This document shows positions 40,547-51,047 of a DNA stretch of 64,000 bases, in pieces. A program made the translations under genes and the position numbers. This DNA is from Armatimonadota bacterium (GTDB lineage: Bacteria > Armatimonadota > UBA10988), in contig JACRKZ010000138.1 in the NCBI GenBank assembly GCA_016235455.1, positions 1 to 64,000 of the forward strand. Reading direction: 5' to 3'. The notes under the pieces were generated by a model. It searched no databases. It was given only the letters and a program-made list of their open reading frames with translations, and was not told the DNA's origin. Each line of letters begins with the position of its first letter. The stretch's first letter is position 1.

Positions 40547-42097
40547 ATGATCAAGCTGCTTACTGCCGCGGAAATGCGCGAACTCGACCGCGCCACCATC
40601 GAGGACCATGGCCTGGCCGGGGTGGTGCTCATGGAGCACGCCGGCCGGGCCGTGGCCGAGGCGGCGCGCGACCTGGCCGGCGGCGCGGGCCGCCACATCA
40701 CACTGGTCTGCGGCAAGGGCAACAACGGTGGCGACGGGTTCGTCGCCGCCCGCTGGCTGCTGCGCTGGGGATTCGTGCCCGAGGTCTTCCTGGTCGGCGA
40801 TCCCGAGAGCGTGCAGGGCGATGCACGCACCAACCTCAACCTGCTGTTGCGCGCCGGCTCCGGCGTGGAGACGCTGGCTGAGGAGGCCCACCTGGTACTG
40901 CTCACGGGCAGTCTGCGGCGGGCGGTGGTGGTGGTTGACGCACTGCTCGGCACGGGGCTCACCGGCCCGCCGGGTGGTGTGGTGGGCGGCGCCATCCGCA
41001 CGGTCAACGCCGGCGGCCGGCCCGTGCTGGCGGTCGATCTGCCCTCGGGGCTCAATGCCGACTCGGGCGAGGTCTATGACCCGCACATCGAGGCGGTGCG
41101 CACCGTCACCTTCGGCGCCTACAAGCGCGGTCTGGCGCTGCAGCCGGGCGCCGACTGCGCCGGCGAGGTGTCGGTCATCGACATCGGCCTGCCCACCGCC
41201 CTACTCAACGCGCTGGACAAGGCGCCCGCGCTGGTCGAGCCGGCCGATGTCGCCGCGCGCCTGCCGCGCCGCGCCGCCGACTTCCACAAGGGCCTGGCCG
41301 GCCGCGTTCTGCTCATCGCCGGCTCGCGCGCGCTGGGCGGCGCGGCGCTGCTGGCCGCGCGCGGCGCGGCACGTGGCGGCGCGGGCCTGGTCACGCTGGC
41401 GCTACCCGCGTGCCTGGCCGACAGCGCCCGCCTGGCCACCCCGGAGACCATGTGTCGGTCCATGCCCGAGACCGACGACGGTGCGCTCAACCCCGATTGC
41501 GCCGAACTGCTGGCGCCGCTGGTGGCTACCGCGGACGCCGTGGGCATAGGACCCGGCCTGGGCACCGGTGAAGGCGCGCGCGCCGCGCTGGCCGCCGCCT
41601 TCGCGGCGGCCACCGGGCCGCTGGTGCTCGACGCCGACGCGCTCAACCTGCTGGCCGACTCGCCCGAACTGCGCGATGGCGTGGACGTCCCGCTGATCCT
41701 CACGCCGCACCCCGGCGAGGCCGCGCGCCTGCTCAAGAGCGAGGTGCGCCGAGTCCAGGCCGACCGCCTCGGCGCGGCGGCCACCATCGCGCGCCGCTAC
41801 GGCGCCACGACGCTGCTCAAAGGCGCGCCCACGGTCGTGGCGACGAGCGCGGGCCGACTGACGCTCAACCCCACCGGCTGCCCGGCCATGGCCTCGGGCG
41901 GCATGGGCGATGTGCTCACCGGGCTGCTGGCCGCGCTGCTGGCCCAAGGGCTGTCGCCGAGCGATGCCGCGCTGGTCGGCGCGTGGCTGCATGGACGCGC
42001 GGGCGAACTGGCCGCCGACGGCGCCGACGCCGGCCTGCTGGCGGGCGATCTGGCCGACGCCCTGCCCGCCGCGCGGCGCGAGATCGCCTCGGCCTGA
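40547..42097 (+). CDS. nnr: Bifunctional NAD(P)H-hydrate epimerase/dehydratase
   Basis: LMEHAG, GKGNNGGDG, DALLGTG, DLPSG, GPGLG, TPHPGE, GGMGDVL. Confidence 0.95.
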   Translation: MIKLLTAAEMRELDRATIEDHGLAGVVLMEHAGRAVAEAARDLAGGAGRHITLVCGKGNNGGDGFVAARWLLRWGFVPEVFLVGDPESVQGDARTNLNLLLRAGSGVETLAEEAHLVLLTGSLRRAVVVVDALLGTGLTGPPGGVVGGAIRTVNAGGRPVLAVDLPSGLNADSGEVYDPHIEAVRTVTFGAYKRGLALQPGADCAGEVSVIDIGLPTALLNALDKAPALVEPADVAARLPRRAADFHKGLAGRVLLIAGSRALGGAALLAARGAARGGAGLVTLALPACLADSARLATPETMCRSMPETDDGALNPDCAELLAPLVATADAVGIGPGLGTGEGARAALAAAFAAATGPLVLDADALNLLADSPELRDGVDVPLILTPHPGEAARLLKSEVRRVQADRLGAAATIARRYGATTLLKGAPTVVATSAGRLTLNPTGCPAMASGGMGDVLTGLLAALLAQGLSPSDAALVGAWLHGRAGELAADGADAGLLAGDLADALPAARREIASA

Positions 42098-42198
42098 GCG
42101 CGGCGCCGAGGCGTGGCGCGGGGCCGTTTGGTGCCAATTCGCATCCGCCCCTCACACCTTCGTGCTGTGGTATCATGCTCTATGAGCAGGAGCCATCA

Positions 42199-42570
42199 AT
42201 GGAGCCCAACGAGAGCATCGCTTGGGTGGCGCTGGGAGTGGCCGGCGCTCTGGCGTTGATCATCGCCTCGGCGTTGCCGTTCATCTCGTCGCTGCTAGGA
42301 CCGCGGCGTCCATCGGACGTCAAGCTGCAGTCGTACGAGTGCGGCATCACCCCCGAACAGGAGGCCATGGGCCCGGTTTCGGTCCGGTTTGGCGTCACGG
42401 CCATGCTGTTCCTGCTGTTCGACATCGAAGTGGTCTTTCTCTACCCTTGGGCTGCTGCGTTTGGCAGGATGGGTCTGTTCGCGGTGTTTGAGGCACTCGT
42501 GTTTCTGGCCATCCTCGCCGTGGGTTACCTGTGGGTCTGGAAACGAGGTGCCTTCGAATGGGACAAGTGA
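42199..42570 (+). CDS. nuoA: NADH-quinone oxidoreductase subunit A
   Basis: AGGAG RBS; YECG, LFLLFDIEVVFLYPWA, KRGAFEW; extended -10 TGTGGTATCAT upstream. Confidence 0.95.
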   Translation: MEPNESIAWVALGVAGALALIIASALPFISSLLGPRRPSDVKLQSYECGITPEQEAMGPVSVRFGVTAMLFLLFDIEVVFLYPWAAAFGRMGLFAVFEALVFLAILAVGYLWVWKRGAFEWDK

Positions 42571-43076
42571 CCAACGGCGGCCAGGCGGTGGAGGCCGCGT
42601 TGACCGAGGCCTTCGGCGACCTGCTGAGCTTCGTGCCCACCAGCGATGGCATGTTGACCGTCGAACTCGCCGAGCCGAGCCGGCTGCTCGACGTGCTCGG
42701 CTGGCTGCGTAGCCACGCGGACTTCGCCTTCGCCCACCTCGCCGATGTCACGGCCGTGGACCGGTTGCCGCGCGAGCCGCGGTTCGACTTGGTCTACCAC
42801 CTGTTCTCCCTCGCGCTGCCGCTGCGCCTGCGCCTCCGGGTGCCGCTGGCCCTCGACCAGCCCATCGCCAGCGTGACGGGTCTGTGGTCGGGCGCCAACT
42901 ACTCCGAGCGCGAGGTCTTCGACCTGTTCGGCATCGTCTTCTCAGGCCACCCCAACCTGGAGCGCATCCTCCTGCCCGACGACTATGTGGGCTTCCCGCT
43001 ACGCCGCGACCATCCGCTGGGCGAGATTCCCGTAGACTTCGACCTGCCCTACCGAAAGCGATTTGGCCATGCGTGA
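42558..43076 (+). CDS. nuoC: NADH-quinone oxidoreductase subunit C
   Basis: DVTAVD, RFDLVYHL, EREVFDLFGI.F.GHPNLERILLP, PLRRD; start is ATG 42558 or GTG 42567. Confidence 0.93.
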   Translation: MGQVTNGGQAVEAALTEAFGDLLSFVPTSDGMLTVELAEPSRLLDVLGWLRSHADFAFAHLADVTAVDRLPREPRFDLVYHLFSLALPLRLRLRVPLALDQPIASVTGLWSGANYSEREVFDLFGIVFSGHPNLERILLPDDYVGFPLRRDHPLGEIPVDFDLPYRKRFGHA

Positions 43077-44283
43077 GTCCACCTGCGTCACCATCAACAT
43101 GGGCCCGCAGCACCCCAGCACGCACGGCGTGTTGCGGCTGGTCGTGGAACTCGATGGCGAGGTCGTCAAGGCGGTCAAGCCGGTCATCGGCTACCTGCAC
43201 ACGGGCATGGAGAAGGAGCTGGAGAACCAGCGCTACATCCAAGGCATCACCGTCACCGACCGCATGGACTACCTCTCGCCGTTGGGCAACAACCTGGCCT
43301 ACAGCCTGGCCGTGGAGCGGCTCTGCGGCATCGCGCCACCGGCCAAGGGGCAGTATCTGCGCGTCGTGCTGGCCGAGTTGCAGCGCATCTCCTCGCATCT
43401 GGTCTGGCTCGGCAGCCATGTCATGGACATCGGCGCCACCACGGTCTTTCTCTACTGCCTGCGCGAACGCGAGGCCGTGCTCGACCTGTTCGAGATGTGC
43501 TCGGGCGTACGCCTGATGACCTCGTTCATCCGGCCCGGCGGCCTCAAGCAGGATGTGCCGCGCGAGTTCTACGACGGCTTCGTCCAGGATGGCAAGAAGG
43601 CCCGCGGCGTGCGCGAGTTCATTGCCGACTTCCCGCGGCGCGTGGACGACTACGAGGCGCTGCTCACCGAGAATCCCATTTTCCGCAACCGCACCCAAGG
43701 TGTCGGCGTGCTGACCGCGCAACAGGCCATCGACCTCTGCCTGACCGGCGGCAGCCTGCGCGGTTCGGGCGTACCCTACGATATCCGCAAGGTCTTCCCC
43801 TACTCGAGCTACGACGAGTTCGACTTCGAGGTGCCGTTGGGCACGGCCGGCGATGTCTACAGCCGCTACCAGGTGCGCATCGCCGAGATGCGGCAGAGCG
43901 CGCGGATCATCGTCCAGGCGCTGGCCAAGATCGATGCGCTGGGCGACGATGCGCCGGTCAACAGCGACGACCGCAACTTCGTGCCGCCGCCCAAGCCCGA
44001 GCTGGCCTGGAGCATGGAAAGCCTGATCCACCACTTCAAGATCTGGACCGAAGGCATCAAGCCGCCCGCGGGCGAGGCCTATGTGCCCATCGAGTCGCCG
44101 CGCGGCGAGCTGGGTGTCTATGTGGTCTCCGACGGCAGCGCCAAGCCGCTGCGCGCCCATGTGCGGCCGCCGGCGTTCGTCAATCTGCAGGCGCTGGAAA
44201 CCATGGCTCGGGGCCATATGCTGGCCGACCTGGTGGCCTGCCTGGGCAGTCTCGACCCGGTGCTGGGCGAGATCGACCGATAG
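43069..44283 (+). CDS. nuoD: NADH-quinone oxidoreductase subunit D
   Basis: NMGPQHPSTHGVLR, GYLHTGMEK, DRMDY, ESPRGELG, GEIDR. Confidence 0.97.
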   Translation: MRESTCVTINMGPQHPSTHGVLRLVVELDGEVVKAVKPVIGYLHTGMEKELENQRYIQGITVTDRMDYLSPLGNNLAYSLAVERLCGIAPPAKGQYLRVVLAELQRISSHLVWLGSHVMDIGATTVFLYCLREREAVLDLFEMCSGVRLMTSFIRPGGLKQDVPREFYDGFVQDGKKARGVREFIADFPRRVDDYEALLTENPIFRNRTQGVGVLTAQQAIDLCLTGGSLRGSGVPYDIRKVFPYSSYDEFDFEVPLGTAGDVYSRYQVRIAEMRQSARIIVQALAKIDALGDDAPVNSDDRNFVPPPKPELAWSMESLIHHFKIWTEGIKPPAGEAYVPIESPRGELGVYVVSDGSAKPLRAHVRPPAFVNLQALETMARGHMLADLVACLGSLDPVLGEIDR

Positions 44284-44309
44284 CTTTGGATGCGTGACAA
44301 GGAGTCGAG

Positions 44310-44825
44310 GTGATGCTGTCCGACGCGGCACGAGCGGAGATTCTGGCCCATCGGGAACGCTATCCCGAAGGCCGGCAGAAGAGCGCGGTAATGGGCGCGC
44401 TGCATATCGCCCAGGCCGAACTCGGTTGGCTGTCGCCCGAGGTGTTCCGCGAGGTGGGCGAACTGCTCTCGCTGGCGCCGGTGCATGTCGCCGCCGTGGC
44501 CACCTTCTACACCATGTACGAGAAGGAGCCCGCCGGCCAGCACGTCATCGACGTCTGCTGCAACATCTCCTGCATGCTGCGCGGCGCCTATGAGATCCTC
44601 GAGCACATCGAGCAGCGCCTCGGCATCAAGCGCGGCGAGACCACCGCCGACGGCCAGATCACCATTCGCGAACAGGAGTGCATCGGCTCGTGCTCCACGG
44701 CCCCGGCCCTGCAGGTCAACTATCGCTTCCATGAGAACCTGACCATCGAGAAGGTCGACGCCATTCTCGACCAACTGCTCGCCGGTCAGCCGGTGGCCAG
44801 CCCCGAGGAGGTGACCCATGGCTGA
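44310..44825 (+). CDS. nuoE: NADH-quinone oxidoreductase subunit E
   Basis: VATFYTMY; 2Fe-2S ligands CCNISC ... CIGSC. Confidence 0.93.
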   Translation: MMLSDAARAEILAHRERYPEGRQKSAVMGALHIAQAELGWLSPEVFREVGELLSLAPVHVAAVATFYTMYEKEPAGQHVIDVCCNISCMLRGAYEILEHIEQRLGIKRGETTADGQITIREQECIGSCSTAPALQVNYRFHENLTIEKVDAILDQLLAGQPVASPEEVTHG

Positions 44826-46077
44826 GCGACGCATTCTGCTCGAGCACCTCGACGTGCCCAATGCCCACACCCTCGACGTGTGGCGCGCCCACGGCGGCTA
44901 TGCCAGCCTCGACTCGCTGTTCGCCAAGGAGCCCGCGGCCTGGGTCGACGAGGTCAAGGCTTCCGGCCTGTGCGGCCGCGGTGGCGCTGGTTTCCCCACG
45001 GGCATGAAGTGGAGCTTCCTGGCCAAGGGCACGGGTAAGCCCACCTACCTGGTGGTCAACTGCGACGAGTCCGAGCCCGGCACCTGCCATGACCGGCAAC
45101 TCGTCAGCCGACTGCCGCACCTGCTGGTCGAAGGCATCATTTGCACTTGCTGGGCCATCGACGCGCACCACGCGTTCATCTACATCCGCGGCGAGTATGC
45201 CTATGGCGCCGAGCGGCTCGAAGCCGCCATCGCCGAGGCCAATGCCGCCGGCCTGCTGGGCCAGACCATCAACGGCCGCGAGTTCCCGCTGCGCATCACC
45301 GTGCATCGCGGCGCGGGCGCCTACATCTGCGGCGAAGAGACCGCGTTGCTCAGCTCGCTCGAAGGTGACAAGGGTCAGCCGCGCCAGAAGCCGCCGTTCC
45401 CCGCGGTGGCCGGCCTGTATGCCGCTCCGACCATCGTCAACAACGTCCAGACCATCTGCAGCATCCCCTACATCGTGAAGCACGGCGCCGCCTGGTTCGC
45501 GGGCATCAACCTCGAGCCCGAGAGCAAGAGCCCCGGCCCGCGCATCGTCTCGGTCAGCGGCCATGTGCAGCGGCCAGGCGTCTACGAGATCGAGAACGGC
45601 ACGCCCTTCCGCGAGTTGATCTACGACATCTGCGGTGGCATGTTGCCCGGTCGCGACCTCAAGGCGGTCATCCCCGGCGGCTCCTCAATGCCGATGTTGC
45701 CCAAGGATGTCATCCTCAACACGACCACCTCGTTCGAGTCGATCCGCGCCGCCGGCAGCCAGCCGGGCAGCGGCGCGATCATCGTCATGGACGACAGCAC
45801 CAGCATCCCGCACGCCATCTGGCGTATCGCCAAGTTTTACGCTCACGAGAGCTGCGGCAAGTGCACGCCGTGTCGGGAAGGCAATCCCTGGACCGTCAAG
45901 ATCCTTGGCCGCATCATCGCCGGCCAGGGTGACCCGCGCGATCTGGCCATCCTCGACGACATCGCCGAGACCATGGAGAAGAACAGCTTCTGCCCGCTGG
46001 GCATCGCTGCTGCGTGGGCCTTGCAGGGCGGTCTGAAGCACTTCCGACACGAGTTCGAGGCGCTCTGTCAGGGCTGA
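44818..46077 (+). CDS. nuoF: NADH-quinone oxidoreductase subunit F
   Basis: GRGGAGFPTGMKW, DESEPG, GAGAYICGEETAL, ESCGKCTPCREG, FCPLG. Confidence 0.95.
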   Translation: MAERRILLEHLDVPNAHTLDVWRAHGGYASLDSLFAKEPAAWVDEVKASGLCGRGGAGFPTGMKWSFLAKGTGKPTYLVVNCDESEPGTCHDRQLVSRLPHLLVEGIICTCWAIDAHHAFIYIRGEYAYGAERLEAAIAEANAAGLLGQTINGREFPLRITVHRGAGAYICGEETALLSSLEGDKGQPRQKPPFPAVAGLYAAPTIVNNVQTICSIPYIVKHGAAWFAGINLEPESKSPGPRIVSVSGHVQRPGVYEIENGTPFRELIYDICGGMLPGRDLKAVIPGGSSMPMLPKDVILNTTTSFESIRAAGSQPGSGAIIVMDDSTSIPHAIWRIAKFYAHESCGKCTPCREGNPWTVKILGRIIAGQGDPRDLAILDDIAETMEKNSFCPLGIAAAWALQGGLKHFRHEFEALCQG

Positions 46078-46203
46078 TGCGGCGCGTCAGCCTCGGCACC
46101 CGATACGCCGCGATTGCGCGGCACCCAAACCGTCAATCAGTAGCCGCCGCTAGCGGTACCAGTATCGGCTTGTTCCGGGCGCGCAACGTTCGACGCCAAC
46201 CAA

Positions 46204-46247
46204 GGCCGCCACGCCAACCACTGCGCGCAGCGTTTGGCGTGGCGGCC
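46204..46247. terminator. Hairpin between convergent nuoF and the pilin-like gene
   Basis: GGCCGCCACGCCAA ... TTGGCGTGGCGGCC, 14-bp stem. Confidence 0.6.
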
Positions 46248-46272
46248 AGATCCACTGTGGCCGAGGCGCAGC

Positions 46273-46962
<690 letters not shown>

Positions 46963-46982
46963 AGCGGTTCTCCAGGGCGTAG

Positions 46983-46996
46983 TGACAACGCTACCA
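46983..46996. promoter_or_regulatory. LacI-family-like operator
   Basis: TGACAACGCTACCA fits TGnnAnCGnTnnCA; 21-34 nt upstream of the ATG and downstream of TTGACA (47038-33). Confidence 0.55.
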
Positions 46997-47100
46997 CACC
47001 TGGGTGCTACTTTGCCTCAGCCGGATACCGCATGTCAAGCGCCAAGCCGTTTCCGGCCCGTGTCTGGGCCGAACCGGACGACGTCGCCAAGTCGCTGGGC

Positions 47101-47138
47101 GGATGGGAGCGGGTCCGACCAGCGACCCGCTCCCGTCC
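47101..47138 (-). terminator. Hairpin downstream of the pilin-like gene
   Basis: GGATGGGAGCGGGTC ... GACCCGCTCCCGTCC stem, between the two pilin genes. Confidence 0.6.
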
Positions 47139-47163
47139 ACGCCGAACCAGGTGCGGCGAGCGC

Positions 47164-47838
47164 TTAGCCACCCACCGTCGGGTTGAGCCAGGGCGAATTG
47201 ATGAAGTACCACTGCTCGGGCTTCTGCGTCTTGACGTGGCCGTCGCAGTAGAGCACGTTGGCCTGCTCCATGTGCCGGGGATCCGGAGCGCACCAATCGG
47301 GGTTGTTGGGATCAGTGACGCAGCACCCGCCCGACATGTTCGGGTCCATGAGGATCCAGGCGCCCGGCTTCTTGCGGGTGATGTCGTACCACGGCGCGGC
47401 ACCGGGGCAATTGGTGCCGGACTCGGACATCATGACTGTGGTGGAGGGCTTGACCACCACCGCGATGGACTGCCAGCGCAGCATGTAGTTCATCGCGTAA
47501 GAGTTGGGCACCGGGTAGTCGGGGTCCAGAATCCAGCCGCTGGTCTGGTTCTTGTGCGGGTCGCTGGGACAGCCATAGACCTGCACGCTCTTGATGTAGG
47601 GCACCAGCCGGCCGGCCCAGATCTGCTGCTGCGCGGCATGGGTGGCCGGGAACTGCTCGTCGTAGTCCTGCACGTACTGCATGAAGGCGACACCGATCTG
47701 CTTGCAGTTGCTTTGGCAGCTCGATGTGCGCGCCTTCTCGCGCGCCTTGGCGAAGACCGGGAACAGGATGGCGGCCAGAATAGCGATGATCGCGATGACC
47801 ACCAGCAACTCGATGAGCGTGAATGCTCGACGTCTCAT
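47164..47838 (-). CDS. Prepilin-type DUF1559 / H-X9-DG protein
   Basis: GGAGG RBS before ATG 47838; MRRRA|FTLIELL..., [30 protein letters not shown]. Confidence 0.9.
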   Translation of the reverse strand: MRRRAFTLIELLVVIAIIAILAAILFPVFAKAREKARTSSCQSNCKQIGVAFMQYVQDYDEQFPATHAAQQQIWAGRLVPYIKSVQVYGCPSDPHKNQTSGWILDPDYPVPNSYAMNYMLRWQSIAVVVKPSTTVMMSESGTNCPGAAPWYDITRKKPGAWILMDPNMSGGCCVTDPNNPDWCAPDPRHMEQANVLYCDGHVKTQKPEQWYFINSPWLNPTVGG

Positions 47839-47858
47839 AGCGCACCTCCGTGGGTGAC

Positions 47859-47913
47859 TGACATCGGTGTCATACCCATCCGTTAGTGTGCCGCGCCGCC
47901 CGATGAACGTCAA
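47859..47913 (-). promoter_or_regulatory. Sigma70 promoter plus LacI-family-like operator
   Basis: TTGACG (47913-08), 17 nt, CACACT (47890-85); palindrome TGACATCGGTGTCA at 47859-72, 21-34 nt upstream of the ATG. Confidence 0.65.
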
Positions 47914-47948
47914 ATTGGGACGCGCTGCGATATTACCTGGCAAGGGCC

Positions 47949-49496
47949 TCAGCCTGCGCCGAGACGTGTCAGTTCCGGGCTGACCAGCCACAGCGCAAGC
48001 CCGATCAGCGCCAGGCCCATCAGCGCCTTGGCCAACCCCAGGTGGCGCCGCGCCAGGCTGGCCAGCCGTTCGGAACCCACGCCACACCAGGTCAGTACCA
48101 GAATGCCGACCAACGGTGCGGTGAAGCCGACGTTGTAGAGCACCAGCAACGGCAAGGCCTGGTCGCGCGTGGCGGGCATCTGCAGGCCGACGAGAATCGG
48201 CAGGTAGACCTGCGAGGTGCAGACCGCTTCGAGCAGCGTGACCACGAGCCCGGCGACTCCCGCGCCAAGCACGGCCCAGGGGCCGCTCAGGCCGCGGCGC
48301 AGGGCCGCATGGATCCACTGCCGCAGGCGCGTGGGCAACTGCACGCGCAACTCGCGCGTGGCGCCGCCGCGGGCCAGCGCGCGCGCGTCCGCCAGTTGGC
48401 CGCAGGCCACACCGCCGATCAGCGCGGCCACCGCCCAGCGTAGCGCGTTGCCGATGGCCACCCGCTGGCCGACGGCGCCCAGCGCGCGCAGCACGCCGAG
48501 GCCGAGCAGCAGGTAGGTGGTGAACACGGCCAGGGCGAACGCGGTCCCCGCGGCCAGCAGCACGCGCCGCCGATGGCCCAGGCGCGTGAGCAGCGCTACC
48601 AGGAACACCGCCGTGGCGAACGCGCAGGGGTTGAGCCCGTCCAGCAGGCCGGCGAACCCGACGGTCACGGGCGACATGCCGCGCAGTTCCTCGCCCACCA
48701 TCGGCCGGCGCAGCAGCACCTCCCGCGGTGGCTGCGTGGGGTGGTTGATCTCGGCGGTCAGCAGATCGAACGGCCGCCGGTCGATCTGCTCGCTCGGCAG
48801 CATGTGCCGCCCGACGAACCAGGTCACGCTGGCCACGGCGGCGCCCCGATAGCGGTCGCGGTAGCGGTACATCAGCGCCAAGTTGGCTCGGTCCTGCGTG
48901 TCGTACACCTCGAACCGCACCGCCGCCGCGAAGTAGCGGCGCAGCGGCTCGACGACCTGGTCGACCTGGTCCAGGCACTTGGCGCACTGCCCGCCGTAGA
49001 ACACAACGGCGGTCACCCGCTGGCTGCCCGCGCGCGCTGCATAGGGCGGCCCGTAGACCTCGTCGGGCAGCGGACGGGGGCCGCCCTTGGCGGGCACAAA
49101 GCGCGCCGTGATCGGCACTCGCAGCGTTGCGCCACCGACCACGGTGACCGTCACCTGGCCGCGGTACTCGAACGGTCGGCGCAATCCTCGGGGCGGCCGA
49201 ACCACCAACGAGAGCGCCGTCGGGTCGGTCGTGGTCACGGTCTGCTGCATCAAGCGTGGTGTCACCACGCTGTCGCCGGTCACGGCGCCCAGCGCCACCG
49301 CGCTGCGCCCCAGGTTGCGTAGGGCGACCAGCCGGACGACCGCGGAGTCGCTGGGCAGGTCGCGGCCGAGGTCCACCACCGCCGGCTCGACCACCACCTG
49401 GGCGGCGACCGGCGCGGCGGCCAGCCACAGCACCGCGGCGGCAGCGAGCGCGTGCCGTGTTCGGTGGCCCCAGAGCAACCGTGCCGGTCGCCTCAC
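47949..49496 (-). CDS. Ig-like (DUF1573-like) + thioredoxin-like + CcdA/DsbD-like membrane protein
   Basis: GGAGG before GTG 49496; signal peptide; CAKC; membrane cysteine pair [11 protein letters not shown] ... [11 protein letters not shown]; about six TM segments. Confidence 0.7.
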   Translation of the reverse strand: MRRPARLLWGHRTRHALAAAAVLWLAAAPVAAQVVVEPAVVDLGRDLPSDSAVVRLVALRNLGRSAVALGAVTGDSVVTPRLMQQTVTTTDPTALSLVVRPPRGLRRPFEYRGQVTVTVVGGATLRVPITARFVPAKGGPRPLPDEVYGPPYAARAGSQRVTAVVFYGGQCAKCLDQVDQVVEPLRRYFAAAVRFEVYDTQDRANLALMYRYRDRYRGAAVASVTWFVGRHMLPSEQIDRRPFDLLTAEINHPTQPPREVLLRRPMVGEELRGMSPVTVGFAGLLDGLNPCAFATAVFLVALLTRLGHRRRVLLAAGTAFALAVFTTYLLLGLGVLRALGAVGQRVAIGNALRWAVAALIGGVACGQLADARALARGGATRELRVQLPTRLRQWIHAALRRGLSGPWAVLGAGVAGLVVTLLEAVCTSQVYLPILVGLQMPATRDQALPLLVLYNVGFTAPLVGILVLTWCGVGSERLASLARRHLGLAKALMGLALIGLALWLVSPELTRLGAG

Positions 49497-49557
49497 GACA
49501 AGCCTCCGCAAGCTGGCGCCTCGGCCGCGCTGTCCGCGCTTTACTCGCGCGGCGCGA

Positions 49558-50856
49558 TTACTCGCGCGGTGCGATGACCTCGATGCCGTCCATGTATGGC
49601 CGCAATGCCGGCGGCACGACCACGCTGCCGTCGGCCTGCTGGTTGGTCTCCAGGATGGCGGCCATGAGCCGCGAGGTGGCCAGCGCCGAGCCGTTGAGCG
49701 TGTGCACGAACTCGGGCTTGCTGGGCTTGCCGCCGGCGCTGGGATCGGCCTCGGGCCGGTAGCGCATCCGCCCGCGGCGGGCCTGATAGGCTTCGCAGTT
49801 GCTGGCCGAGCTGACTTCCAGATAGGCCTGCTGGCCCGGCAACCAGACTTCCACGTCGTAGGTTTTGGCCGCCTGCTGCGCGATGTCGCCGGTGACCAGC
49901 AGCGTGGTCACGAAGTGCAAGCCCAGCTCGTTGACCATGGCTTCCACCTGACCGGTGAGCGCTTCGAGCTGATCGTAGCTGTCCTCGGGCTGGCACAGGA
50001 TGTAGCGCTCGGTCTTGTTGAACTGATGGACGCGGATCAGCCCGCGCTCGCCCGCGCCATGGGCGCCGGCCTCACGCCGGAAGCACGGCGTGTAGGCCAT
50101 CAGCTTCATGGGCAGGTCGGCCGCGTCGATGATCTCGTCGCCAAACAGGCCGGTCAGCACGATCTCGGCGGTGGGGATGAGGTACAGCTCGTCGCGCTGA
50201 GCGTGGTAGACCTGGTCGGCGAACTTGGGCAGCACGCCGGCGCTGGTCATGACCGCGGCGTTGACCGCCAATGGCGGCATGATGTGCTCAAAGCCGTCGG
50301 CGATGCCGCGCGCGATGCAGAAGTTGATCAGCGCCCATTCGAGCCGCGCGCCCATGCCACGGTAACACGGCCAGCCGCTGCCGGCGGCCTTGGCGCCGCG
50401 CTCGAAGTCGAGCAGGCCCAGGCTCTCGGCCAGCGCCACATGGTGCCGGGGCTCGAAGTCGAACTCGGGCTTGGCGCCGAACGTGCGGATGACCTGGTTG
50501 TCGTGCTTGTCGGGGCTGGCAGGCACGCTCTCGTGCGGCAGGTTGGGCAGGTCCAGCAACGCTGCGTCGAGCGCCTCATCGGCGGCGCGACGCAGGTCGG
50601 CCAGCTCCTGGATGCGCGCCTTGATGGCGCTCATCTCGGCCGTCAGCTCGACCGTGTCCTCGCCGGCCTTCTTCTTCCGGGCCATCTCGGGGCCCACGGA
50701 GTTCTGCCGCGCGCGCAGTTGCTCTTCCTCGCCCAGCAGCTCGCGCCGCAAGGTGTCGGCGGCCAGCACCGAAGCCAGGCTGATCTCAGGGTCGCGTCGG
50801 CGAAGCTGGGCCTCGACCGCCTCGGGGTTCTCGCGAATGGCCTTGATATCGAGCAT
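49558..50856 (-). CDS. serS: Serine--tRNA ligase
   Basis: MLDIKAIR, LIPTAE, CFRREAG, GLIRVHQFNK, EVSSASNC, HTLNGSALA. Confidence 0.97.
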   Translation of the reverse strand: MLDIKAIRENPEAVEAQLRRRDPEISLASVLAADTLRRELLGEEEQLRARQNSVGPEMARKKKAGEDTVELTAEMSAIKARIQELADLRRAADEALDAALLDLPNLPHESVPASPDKHDNQVIRTFGAKPEFDFEPRHHVALAESLGLLDFERGAKAAGSGWPCYRGMGARLEWALINFCIARGIADGFEHIMPPLAVNAAVMTSAGVLPKFADQVYHAQRDELYLIPTAEIVLTGLFGDEIIDAADLPMKLMAYTPCFRREAGAHGAGERGLIRVHQFNKTERYILCQPEDSYDQLEALTGQVEAMVNELGLHFVTTLLVTGDIAQQAAKTYDVEVWLPGQQAYLEVSSASNCEAYQARRGRMRYRPEADPSAGGKPSKPEFVHTLNGSALATSRLMAAILETNQQADGSVVVPPALRPYMDGIEVIAPRE

Positions 50857-50882
50857 GGCTGGGCTCCTACCTTTGCCCTGGG

Positions 50883-50910
50883 ACTATAGCAGAGCCGATC
50901 CGGGTGTCAA
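50883..50910 (-). promoter_or_regulatory. serS sigma70 promoter
   Basis: TTGACA, 16 nt, TATAGT preceded by TG-c (extended -10). Confidence 0.65.
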
Positions 50911-50915
50911 GCGCG

Positions 50916-50985
50916 CCCCAAAGAACGGTGTCAGGGACCGTTTTCGGCCTGGGTCGAAAACGGTCCCTGACACCGTTCTTTGGGG
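50916..50985. repeat. 31-bp perfect inverted repeat (REP-like family, copy 1)
   Basis: CCCCAAAGAACGGTGTCAGGGACCGTTTTCG, 8-nt loop, exact reverse complement; related copy at 54249. Confidence 0.85.
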
Positions 50986-51047
50986 TGCCGTCGCCCGACC
51001 CTTGTTGATCGCCGGCTGGCGCCGTACCATAGACTGCGGAGGCGACG

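Noticed and set aside
46078-46200. ATG right after the nuoF stop as a nuoG remnant
   Set aside because: The translation (MRRVSLGTRY...) has no NuoG Fe-S motifs and no coding bias.
50986-51047. ZTP (pfl) riboswitch expected before purH
   Set aside because: No GCCTGGG pseudoknot motif, and too little space after the palindrome.
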